A stretch of 64,000 bases of DNA from an uncultured Rickettsiales bacterium (lineage in GTDB: Bacteria > Myxococcota_A > UBA796 > UBA9615), in NCBI GenBank assembly GCA_964512225.1, contig CAZEKB010000023.1:6771-70770 (forward strand). Direction: 5' to 3'. The notes beneath the pieces were generated by a model. The model worked only from the letters and a program-made list of their open reading frames with translations, did no database searches and was not told where the DNA came from. The translations under genes and the position numbers were made by a program. This document shows, one piece after another, positions 34,648-43,258 of this stretch (its first letter is position 1; every line of letters begins with the position of its first letter).

Positions 34648-37600
34648 TCACAGGTCGAAGAAGACCTCGGGGGGCGGGTCCGTACAGGGCCCGCCTTCGA
34701 TCGTCTCGGCGTGCACGCGGCCTCCCGGCGAGACGATCCTGACGTTCAGCCGGTGCCGAGGCTCGGCCCCCTCTTCCAGCCCCTGATCGGTGCACGTCGG
34801 CGCGTTCGGCTCGAGGAACCGCACCGAGCGCATGTCTTCGGAGGGGTCGGTCACCCGCACCCGCCCGGGGGGCGTCGGCGGCACTCGGTAGCGTCGGAGC
34901 TCCAGGTGCTCGAAGGACCAGCTGCCGTCGGGCAGCAGGTGGTCGTCGGCCCACTGCAGCGCCCTCGCCGCGGCGTCGGCCGAGAACTTCGCGCGCCCGA
35001 ACATGCGCTCGTCGACCACGCCGACCCACAGCCGGTGGAAGTGCCCGTTGGTCGCGCTGGTCTCGAACGGGAGCGCCTCGTCGATGGCCTCGAGGAAGAC
35101 GCGCTTGCCGTCGATCTCCCACGCGACGCCGTCCTCGCGGTCCACGAGGCGGGCGTCCCCCCGCGTCAGGTAGTGGCTCAGGGGACCGCGTTGGCCCCAC
35201 AGGGGCAGGACGGCCACGGCGTCGCGGTCGGCGAGTTCGGCGAGGATGCGGTCGGCGGCGTCGTCGTAGGCGGGCCGCGGCGACGCCGCCGGGGCGATCG
35301 CGAGGCGGAAGGCCGACAGGGTCCACAGCAGCCCCGCCGCGACGACGAGGAGACGCTCGACCCGGCCCGCGCGGAACGCGAAGACGACGCCCAGCGCGCC
35401 GCACCCCATCAGCAGCGGCGCGAACCACGACACCCAGCGGAAGCCGTAGAACACCCGCCCGTCGAGGTGGTCGACGAGGTTGGCGTGGAAGAAGAAGGTG
35501 CCTCCCGCCCAGGCGGCCGCGGCGGCGAGGAGGAGCAGGCCGATCTGGGCGTCGCGACGCAGGACGGCCACGAGCCCCACCGCGGCCAGGCCGAACCCGA
35601 GGAGCGCCCCCCCGGGCCCGTCGCCGGGGTGGGCGCCCGCGGTGACCGTCGCGAACTCGCCCAGGAACGCCCACCGGCCCGGGTCGAGCGGATAGACGGA
35701 CGCGAACAGTCGCGTATCCAGCGCGACGGTCGCGAACGAAGCGAAGTGCAGGAAGGACCAGCCGAGCGGCAGCGGCGCGAGCAGCAGCGCGGCCTTCAGC
35801 GCGCTGCGCCCCGCCTCCGCCCAGCGGGGATCGTCCCGGCGCCGGGCCACGAAGACGCTCACCGCGACCACCTGCGCGGCCCCCAGGATCGCGACCGTGT
35901 AGTGGCACAGGAACCCCGCCACGAGGCACCCCACCCAGGCCCGCCACGAGCCCGGCGTGCCCTGCTCCAGCGCGCGGATCATCAGCTCGATCGAGCCCAC
36001 CGACACGAGGGCCGTGAACGCGTACGGCGTGGCGTCCGCGCCGGGGTGCACGCCCGTGGCCGTGAGCGCGTACAGCCCCGCGGCCAGCAGCCCCGCGGTG
36101 GGGTCGACCCGGCGCAGGAGCCGGTGCAGCACCCACACGGTCGCGAGGGACGCCGCGAAGGACGGCAGGCGCAGGGCCCACGCGGCGTCGGTGATCGCGC
36201 CGATCCCGGAGAGGAGCGCGTGCCACAGCGGGGGGTGGGTGACCTCCAGGCTCGCGGGCTCGAGCACGGCCTGCAGGACGCGCTCGCCCAGGGGCGTGGC
36301 GATCGTGCCGTCGACGTCCACCGGCACGATCCGGCGCGAGCCGGGCCCGTAGGTGTGCTCGATGAGCTCGAGGGGACCGGAGACCAGGCGCGGGATCCGG
36401 GCGATCGCCGCCGCGACCAGGATGGCGATGAGCCCCATCCGCTCGCCGGGGACCATCGGGGGGGCCTCCCCCCCGGCCCGTGGAGCCCCCGTGCGTCGGC
36501 CCGCGCCGGGTCCGATCGACGCCGTCCTCGGCCCCGGGCCCGGGGCGGGCGCCGCGGGTCGCAGGAGGCGCAGCCCGAGCAAGCCCCCGCCGTAGAGCAG
36601 GAGCACCAGGAGGACCGGTGCCATCCACCAGCCCGCGAGCGGGCCCCCGTCCGCGCGGGCCAGCGCGGGGCCGCGAGGCAGGGCCCGGAACCGGACGAAG
36701 CCGCGGGGGCCCCGGGGGGGGACCGGCGCGAGGTCGTGGGGCAGGTGGAACGTCACCGTCGGGCCGTCGGGCCGGAGGATCCGCTGCCGCAGGAAGACCC
36801 ACACGTCGCCGTCGGGCTCGTCGTACTCGGCGACCCAGGTCCCGTCCTCCCGCACCGGGACCGTGGCGAGCGGGGGCTCGGCCAGGTCCAGCGATCCGAC
36901 GACCAGCACCTCGTGGGTGGAGCTCGGGTCGAGGGGAGCGACCGACCCCCGCAGCTCCGCGGCGGCGGCGGGGGCGGCGAGCGTCCCGGCGAGCACGGCC
37001 GTCAGGGCGAGGGCGGTGAGCGTCGTCCGCGGGTCCCGGCGGGGCAGGCCCGCGCCGAGCCCCAGGAGGAGCATCCAGCCGACGGCGCCCGCCGCGAGCG
37101 TCCCGACCAGGCCGGGGGGCCGGAAGCGGAGCCGGAACGACGTCGTCCCGGCGGGGACCACCACCCCCGTCTGCACCTGGTTGACGGGGAAGGTGCGCAG
37201 CGTGCCCGACGCGGTCTCGGCCCGGCGGCCGGCGTGCGTCCGCTCGGGGAGCACCACCACGACCTCGCGGTCCGCCCGGACCACGACGCGGCCCCCGTCC
37301 ACCGAGCAGGTCGCGCCTCCGGGGAGGCCGGGGGAGTCGGCCGACTCCAGGACACCGAGCTCGAGGCCCGCGGCCAGGCTCGCCTCCACGCGCGCCGAGG
37401 GATCGTCCACCCGCTCCCACCGCGTCGGGAACCAGCACGGCGGGGGCGGGGCGGGGGACCGAAACGCGATCTCGTCGCCCCACACGGCGACGGGCACGGC
37501 GTGCAGGGCCATCGTGCGGGTGCCGAGGCCGTCGGGGGTGCCGAACAGCGCCCGCAGGACGTCGTCGTCCCCCTGCACGGTCTGCAGCTGATCGGCCAGG

Positions 37601-39264
37601 GGGGTGAGCGCGGCGATCTGTCGCGCGGGCGGCAGCTTGCTCCGTCCCGCGACGCCCCGGATGCCCGTCGCCACGCCGTAGTGCGGCGGGATCGCCCGCC
37701 CGAGCAGGTCCGCCTGCTGGGCGGGGGCGTCGATCTCGGGCACACGGACGTCCCACTCGACGCCGGTCCGCACGTCGGCCTCCCCGGCGGCGGTCAGCGC
37801 GGAGTCGAACCCCTGGGCGAGGTCCTGGATGTCGAGGTAGCCGTCGGCGAGCAGGGCCGGATCGGTGCGGATGGCCGAGGCGGGCACGAGCGGGGTGGAC
37901 GGCACGACGGCGTGGGCGCGGATCGAGAAGAGGGCGACATCCGCCGCCGCGACCAAGAGCAGCAGCCCCCGACGGCGGTCGGCGGACTCCACCGAGCGGA
38001 AGATCACGACCACGAGCGCGAGGGTCGCGGCGGCCTGCGCGGCCCCCAGCGCCGAGGTGCCCACCGGCGCCTCGCTGCCGAGCAGCCACCGGGCGAGGGG
38101 CCGCGCGAGGGTGGCCAGGGCGAACAGCCCCAGGACTGCCATCGGGGCGGCCCCCGCCCGCAGGCGTCGGACGAGCGCGGGGGCGGGGATCTCCGTGAGG
38201 CGGTCCAACGCCTGCGCCCCCAGGATCGCGGCCGGGTAGAGGGCGAGCGCGGCGTAGACGAGGTCGACCGGCGACGACACCACGCGCAGGGGGGCGAACA
38301 CCCAGCGCAGGCCGGGCACCGCGGAGGCGCCCGCGCCGAAGAGGAGGAGCGCCCAGAGCACCATCCGGCGGTCGCGGAGCGGGACCACGCGAAGGGCGCC
38401 GAGCACGAACGCGACGGCGAGCACCGGCCCCGGGGTCAGGTCGCGGACGAGGACCCGCGGGGTGGGGGCGAGCCACCCCGCGAGGTTGCCGAGGCCGAGC
38501 GCCTGGTCGACGGGCAGGCCGCCCCCGCGGGCCCCCGCCTCCCCCAGCTCCAGGAGCATGGGGACGTACCCGGGCGCGCCCGCGAGCAACCCCAGTCCGC
38601 CCGCGATGGCCGCGCCGCGCAGGTCCCGTCCGCGCACGACCGCCCACAGCGCGAGCGCGGCCCCGGCCGTCGCCGCGACGCGCAGGTGCGTCCCCAGCAG
38701 CAGGAGCGCGATCGCCGCGCCCCCGGCGGCGAGCAGCCGTCGTCGTCGTCGGCCCTCGGCCTCGGCCGCGAGGTGGAGGCAGCCCAGCACGACCGGGAAC
38801 CACACGAAGGCGGGCCAGGAGTCGAACTGCGCGTCGATCACGGCCGACGCGCCGATCGGTCCGACGGCGATCGCCAGGCCCGCGATGGTGGCGGACGCCG
38901 AGCTCGCCCCGTGGACTCGCACGGCCCAGCGCGTAGCCACGAACGTCCCGATCCCATGGAGGATCGTCACGACGAGCAGGGCGGGGAGCGCGGGGGCGAC
39001 GAGGCCCGGCAGGACCCCCGGATAGAAGGGGCCCATGGGGACCACGTCCGCGAACAGCGAGACCCCGCCGAGCTTGCCCGGGACCCACCACGGCGACGTG
39101 CCCGTGGCGAGCGCGTGGCGCAGCCACTCCCACGACGGCAGCGCGTAGTAGAGCGCGTCGTCGGGCACGTCGACGCCGTCGGCGACGAGCAGCGGCCCGA
39201 GCAGCGCGGCGAGGGCGACCCCGGCGACGGCGAGCTGCGTCCTGGGATCCTCCCACCGGCTCAT
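34648..39264 (-). CDS. Very large (about 1540 aa) polytopic membrane protein with two GT-C-like modules (N-terminal YfhO-like, C-terminal GT39/ArnT/PMT-like)
   Basis: Coherent hydrophobic-helix-rich frame (tool ORF 34648..39273). The alternate frame 34562..39337 and the antisense ORF are Arg-rich junk. The preferred start is ATG at 39264 (MSRWEDP); TTG at 39273 is the alternative. The second module begins at about MGLIAILVAAAIARIPRL. Confidence 0.6.
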   Translation of the reverse strand: MSRWEDPRTQLAVAGVALAALLGPLLVADGVDVPDDALYYALPSWEWLRHALATGTSPWWVPGKLGGVSLFADVVPMGPFYPGVLPGLVAPALPALLVVTILHGIGTFVATRWAVRVHGASSASATIAGLAIAVGPIGASAVIDAQFDSWPAFVWFPVVLGCLHLAAEAEGRRRRRLLAAGGAAIALLLLGTHLRVAATAGAALALWAVVRGRDLRGAAIAGGLGLLAGAPGYVPMLLELGEAGARGGGLPVDQALGLGNLAGWLAPTPRVLVRDLTPGPVLAVAFVLGALRVVPLRDRRMVLWALLLFGAGASAVPGLRWVFAPLRVVSSPVDLVYAALALYPAAILGAQALDRLTEIPAPALVRRLRAGAAPMAVLGLFALATLARPLARWLLGSEAPVGTSALGAAQAAATLALVVVIFRSVESADRRRGLLLLVAAADVALFSIRAHAVVPSTPLVPASAIRTDPALLADGYLDIQDLAQGFDSALTAAGEADVRTGVEWDVRVPEIDAPAQQADLLGRAIPPHYGVATGIRGVAGRSKLPPARQIAALTPLADQLQTVQGDDDVLRALFGTPDGLGTRTMALHAVPVAVWGDEIAFRSPAPPPPCWFPTRWERVDDPSARVEASLAAGLELGVLESADSPGLPGGATCSVDGGRVVVRADREVVVVLPERTHAGRRAETASGTLRTFPVNQVQTGVVVPAGTTSFRLRFRPPGLVGTLAAGAVGWMLLLGLGAGLPRRDPRTTLTALALTAVLAGTLAAPAAAAELRGSVAPLDPSSTHEVLVVGSLDLAEPPLATVPVREDGTWVAEYDEPDGDVWVFLRQRILRPDGPTVTFHLPHDLAPVPPRGPRGFVRFRALPRGPALARADGGPLAGWWMAPVLLVLLLYGGGLLGLRLLRPAAPAPGPGPRTASIGPGAGRRTGAPRAGGEAPPMVPGERMGLIAILVAAAIARIPRLVSGPLELIEHTYGPGSRRIVPVDVDGTIATPLGERVLQAVLEPASLEVTHPPLWHALLSGIGAITDAAWALRLPSFAASLATVWVLHRLLRRVDPTAGLLAAGLYALTATGVHPGADATPYAFTALVSVGSIELMIRALEQGTPGSWRAWVGCLVAGFLCHYTVAILGAAQVVAVSVFVARRRDDPRWAEAGRSALKAALLLAPLPLGWSFLHFASFATVALDTRLFASVYPLDPGRWAFLGEFATVTAGAHPGDGPGGALLGFGLAAVGLVAVLRRDAQIGLLLLAAAAAWAGGTFFFHANLVDHLDGRVFYGFRWVSWFAPLLMGCGALGVVFAFRAGRVERLLVVAAGLLWTLSAFRLAIAPAASPRPAYDDAADRILAELADRDAVAVLPLWGQRGPLSHYLTRGDARLVDREDGVAWEIDGKRVFLEAIDEALPFETSATNGHFHRLWVGVVDERMFGRAKFSADAAARALQWADDHLLPDGSWSFEHLELRRYRVPPTPPGRVRVTDPSEDMRSVRFLEPNAPTCTDQGLEEGAEPRHRLNVRIVSPGGRVHAETIEGGPCTDPPPEVFFDL

Positions 39265-39323
39265 GGACCCCAAGAGTAGACGACGACGGTCCCGGGGGCG
39301 GTGTCGGCGGGCATGATGCGACC

Positions 39324-40751
39324 GTGCAAACGGCCATCGTTCAGGCGGGGGCGGTCGACGAGTCGCTCGCGCTCTGCGACCTCGCCGGGGAGCTCGGAGC
39401 GGCGGGTCACGACGTCGGGCTCGTCCTCGAGGCGCAGGAGCCGGACTTCGAGGCCGCGGTCGCGCGGCTGGCCCCCGACGTCGTGTTCGTGCAGGCGGCG
39501 TTCATGGGCGAGCAGTGGGTCCGGCGGATCCTCCCCCGCCTGCCCCCGGGCGTCCCCGCCGTCCTCGTGGGCACCGCGGCGACGTTCGACCCCGACCTCG
39601 TCGTGCGGGTGGGGGCCTGGGGCGCGCTCCAGGGAGAGCTCGACGACTCCGGGCCCGCCCTGGTCGCTGCGCTCGCCGGGGGCGACCTCGCCGCCGTCCC
39701 CGGCCTGGTCCGGCCCGACGGCGTCGGGGGCACGACCGGCGTCCCCTGGGGCGATCCCCCGGGCGACCTCGACGTTCGACCGCTCCCGGACCGCGCGCTG
39801 TACTTCGACCGCTACCCCGCCCTCGGCCGGTTCCCCTGGAAGCGGTTCGCGACCGGCCGGGGGTGCGTCCACTCCTGCGGCTTCTGCTACCTGCCCGGCC
39901 TGCGCGAGAGCTACGGCGGGGCCCGCGCGGCGGTGCGGCGCAAGTCGGTGAGCCGGGTCATCGAGGAGGTGCGCGCGGTGCGGGCCCGCTGGCCGCTCAC
40001 GCACATCCACTTCGCCGACGACCTGTTCGCCCCGAAGCGGGCGTGGCTCGAGGAGCTGGCGGAGCGCTTCCCCCGGGAGATCGGCGTCCCCTTCTCCTGC
40101 AATACGTCGCCCGAGACGATCACGGAGCGCAACGCGGTGCTGCTGGGGATCGCGGGCGCGCGCGTGGTGGGGATCGGCCTCGAGACGGGCACCGAGCGCA
40201 ACCGCAGCGAGCTGCTCGGTCGGCCCACGAAGGACGCGGCCATCCGCGCGGCGGCGTCGCGGCTCAAGGCCCAGGGCGTGCGCCTGCTGACGTTCAACAT
40301 GATCGCGAACCCCGGCGAGACGGTGGAGGACGCGATCGCCACCGTGCGGCTCAACCAGGAGCTCGGCACGGACTTCCCCCGCATCAACCTGGCCTACCCC
40401 GCGCCCGGGTCGCACCTGGAGACGCTGATGGCGGAGCGGGGCATCCCCCCGATCGCCCCCGACGCTCACGAGCGCAGCGACTGGCGAGCGTGGTGCGCCG
40501 AGGGCGACCCGGTGCCCTACGAGGTCCTGGCTCGGCTGTTCCGCCTCGCCGTGCGCCGCCGCCTCCCCGAGCCCCTCCTGCGGCGCCTCATGACTCGGAT
40601 CCCGGACGCGAAGTGGTTGCTGCCTCTGGTCTTGTACGATGCGAGCGTCGAGATGCGGTGGAGCGGTGTCCCGTTGTGGGAGGCCGTGCGCTACGGGTGG
40701 CGAGTGGGCCCCCCGAATCGTCGCGTGACGTACCACGAGAGCCTCCCCTGA
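39324..40751 (+). CDS. B12-binding-domain radical SAM protein (class B rSAM)
   Basis: N-terminal Rossmann-like cobalamin-binding-type domain, then GRGCVHSCGFC (the CxxxCxxC rSAM cluster motif). GTG start. 475 aa. Confidence 0.85.
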   Translation: MQTAIVQAGAVDESLALCDLAGELGAAGHDVGLVLEAQEPDFEAAVARLAPDVVFVQAAFMGEQWVRRILPRLPPGVPAVLVGTAATFDPDLVVRVGAWGALQGELDDSGPALVAALAGGDLAAVPGLVRPDGVGGTTGVPWGDPPGDLDVRPLPDRALYFDRYPALGRFPWKRFATGRGCVHSCGFCYLPGLRESYGGARAAVRRKSVSRVIEEVRAVRARWPLTHIHFADDLFAPKRAWLEELAERFPREIGVPFSCNTSPETITERNAVLLGIAGARVVGIGLETGTERNRSELLGRPTKDAAIRAAASRLKAQGVRLLTFNMIANPGETVEDAIATVRLNQELGTDFPRINLAYPAPGSHLETLMAERGIPPIAPDAHERSDWRAWCAEGDPVPYEVLARLFRLAVRRRLPEPLLRRLMTRIPDAKWLLPLVLYDASVEMRWSGVPLWEAVRYGWRVGPPNRRVTYHESLP

Positions 40752-42205
40752 TGATCTGGAAGAAGCGCCCCGGGCGGCGCGACGAGAAGGCGACCAGGCG
40801 CTTCCCGGGGGCCGAGATCTCTCGGTCCGGGGCGGACCTCGTCGTGCCCGAGGGGGACGCCGACGACACATTCGACACGGGCGCCGAAGAGGCCCCGCTG
40901 GTCCTCATCGTGGTGGACGGCCGGCCCGGCGCGGCCGCTCCGGAGACGGCCTTCCGGGCGCTCGGCTACCGCACCCGGGTCGAGCAGTCCGGGCCCGACG
41001 CGGTGTTCGCGCTCGACTCGGAGTCGCCCGAGGTCGTATTCCTCGACTGCTGGCGGTCCGAGATGGACCCCATGTCCTTCCTGAACGTCGCCCAGCGGAT
41101 GCGCCCCGACCTCGGCGCGTCGGTCATCGCGCTCGTGCCGTCGGAGGACGACGGCTTCCGCAGAGCGCTCCTCGAGGACGCGGGCGTCGAGGCCCTGGTG
41201 TCGCCCCCCCTCACTGCGGGATCGGTGGCCGGGGCCGTGGGCCGGGTGCGCCTGCGCGAGCTCGCCCCCATCGGCGCGGCCACGGTCGCGGAGACCGAAG
41301 ACGTGGCGGTGGTGGAGGAGGCCGAGCCCTCGATGCGCGTGCAGGTCGTGCCGTCGGGCGAGGTGCGAGCCCCGGGCGAGGTGATCGACGGTCGGTACGA
41401 GGTCCTGGGCCTGTTCGGCAAGGGCGGGGCGGCCCACGTCTACCGGGTCAAGGACCGGGTCCGCGACGAGGAGCTCGCCCTCAAGCTGCTCAAGGCCAAC
41501 GCGCTCGACCCCCACGCGGAGCGGCGGTTCGAGCGCGAGCTGCGCATCCTCGCGTCGCTCGAGAACCCGAGCATCGTCCGCACCTACGACAACGGCCGCC
41601 TCGACGGTCGGCCCTACTTCACGATGGAGGCGCTGGACGGTCGCACGCTGCGCCGGTTCATGCGCGAGGTCTCGGCTCGCGACCTGTCCACCCGCTTCGC
41701 GATCGAGCTGCTGCTTCACATCTGCCGGGGGCTCGCGGCGACCCATCGGCTCGGCGTCATCCACCGCGACATCAAGCCGTCGAACCTCTTCGTCGTGGGG
41801 GACGGGCCCCAGGTCAAGCTGACGGACTTCGGCATCGCCCGGGACGACGATCCGAGCTCGGCGATGACGACGATCGGGATCGTCGTGGGCACGCCGGGCT
41901 ACGTCGCCCCCGAGCGCCTCGTCGTGGGCGGGCCGCACGCTCCGGCGTCCGACATCTTCAGCCTCGGCGTGGTGGGATACGAACTGTTCGCGCGGCGGCG
42001 TCCGTTCCAGGGGAGGAACCCGGCCGACCTGCTGCGCGCCATGACCGAGGAGTCTCCGATGCCGCTGACGAAGATCGATTCCCGTGTGCCCCACTCGCTC
42101 GACGCGCTGCTGCGCTCGATGGTCGCGCCCGAGCCCGGGCAGCGGCCGCGCAGCGTGGTCGACGTGGCCTCCGAGCTCCGGCGGATCCGGGCGGCTCTGC
42201 GATGA
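40751..42205 (+). CDS. Ser/Thr protein kinase with N-terminal receiver-like (pseudo-CheY) domain
   Basis: ATG overlaps the rSAM stop (TGATG). LVLIVVDG…VVFLDCWRSEMD. Kinase motifs GKGGAAHVYRV, HRDIKPSN, DFG, GTPGYVAPE. Confidence 0.8.
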   Translation: MIWKKRPGRRDEKATRRFPGAEISRSGADLVVPEGDADDTFDTGAEEAPLVLIVVDGRPGAAAPETAFRALGYRTRVEQSGPDAVFALDSESPEVVFLDCWRSEMDPMSFLNVAQRMRPDLGASVIALVPSEDDGFRRALLEDAGVEALVSPPLTAGSVAGAVGRVRLRELAPIGAATVAETEDVAVVEEAEPSMRVQVVPSGEVRAPGEVIDGRYEVLGLFGKGGAAHVYRVKDRVRDEELALKLLKANALDPHAERRFERELRILASLENPSIVRTYDNGRLDGRPYFTMEALDGRTLRRFMREVSARDLSTRFAIELLLHICRGLAATHRLGVIHRDIKPSNLFVVGDGPQVKLTDFGIARDDDPSSAMTTIGIVVGTPGYVAPERLVVGGPHAPASDIFSLGVVGYELFARRRPFQGRNPADLLRAMTEESPMPLTKIDSRVPHSLDALLRSMVAPEPGQRPRSVVDVASELRRIRAALR

Positions 42206-43248
42206 AACGCTTCCTGGTCGGCCTCCTCCCCGTCGCCCTCCTCGCCTGCGATCCGCCCCGGGAGGGGGACGAGCCCGGCGAGTGCAGCGACGGCATCGAC
42301 AACAACAACGACGGCGCGGTCGACTGCGCCGACGAGCAGTGCCTCCGGTCGCCGGACTGCGCCGGGGACGACGACGACGTGGTGGACGACGACGACGCGG
42401 TGGACGACGACGACGCGGTGGACGACGACGACGCGGGCCCGGGCGACTGGGTCGACATCACCGCCGGCGACTTCCACTCCTGCGCGCTCGACTCGAACGG
42501 GAACGTCGCGTGCTGGGGCTGGAACCACGCGGGCCAGGGCACCTCCCCCGGCGTCGCGTTCACGAACATCGGCGCCGGGTGGTCCCACACCTGCGGGCAG
42601 GACGAGGCGGGCGTCGTGCACTGCTTCGGCCGGGACGACGAGCTCGACTGGGGCCAGGGCGAAGCGCCGGAGTCGCCGTTCGCGAGCATGGGCGTCGGGT
42701 CCCACCACACCTGCGGCGTGGGCGAGGACGGCGCCTCCACCTGCTGGGGTCGCAACGAGGACGGGCAGACCGACGTCCCCGCGGGGGCCTACGTCGAGAT
42801 CCAGGGCGGCAAGTTCCACACCTGCGGGCTGCGCACCGACGGCGAGATCACGTGCTGGGGCGACGAGAGCGAGGGGCAGCTCGAGGCGCCCCCCGGCCCG
42901 TACGAGCACTTCGCGGTGGGCGAGTTCGCGGGGTGCGGCGTGCTCCGCAGCGGCGACGTCGTGTGCTGGGGGATCGACCAAGGCGACCTGCTGAGCCCCC
43001 CGCAGGAGCCGTTCACGGCCCTCACGGTCGGCAAGGCGCACGCCTGCGGCCTGAACGTCGGCGGGAGCGTGACCTGCTGGGGCGTGGGCCGCAGCGGCGA
43101 GACCGAGGTCCCCGCGGGGTCGACCTGGGTCGCGATCGACGCGGGATCGAGTCACACCTGCGGCATCACGACCGGCGGCGAGCTCGGCTGCTGGGGCAGC
43201 GACGAGACCGAGAAGGGCGAGGAGGTGGGTCAGTCGACCCCGCCGTGA
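42202..43248 (+). CDS. RCC1-repeat lipoprotein with poly-Asp linker
   Basis: ATGA overlap with the kinase. N-terminus MKRFLVGLLPVALLAC. Repeated HTCG…G.V.CWG RCC1 signatures (about 7 blades). DDDDVVDDDDAVDDDDAVDDDD linker. Confidence 0.8.
   Translation: MKRFLVGLLPVALLACDPPREGDEPGECSDGIDNNNDGAVDCADEQCLRSPDCAGDDDDVVDDDDAVDDDDAVDDDDAGPGDWVDITAGDFHSCALDSNGNVACWGWNHAGQGTSPGVAFTNIGAGWSHTCGQDEAGVVHCFGRDDELDWGQGEAPESPFASMGVGSHHTCGVGEDGASTCWGRNEDGQTDVPAGAYVEIQGGKFHTCGLRTDGEITCWGDESEGQLEAPPGPYEHFAVGEFAGCGVLRSGDVVCWGIDQGDLLSPPQEPFTALTVGKAHACGLNVGGSVTCWGVGRSGETEVPAGSTWVAIDAGSSHTCGITTGGELGCWGSDETEKGEEVGQSTPP
42367..42438 (+). repeat. Tandem 24-nt coding repeats (gtggacgacgacgacgcg) encoding poly-Asp
   Basis: Direct repeats visible in the sequence. 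Confidence 0.55.
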
Positions 43249-43258
43249 TCGAGAGCCG

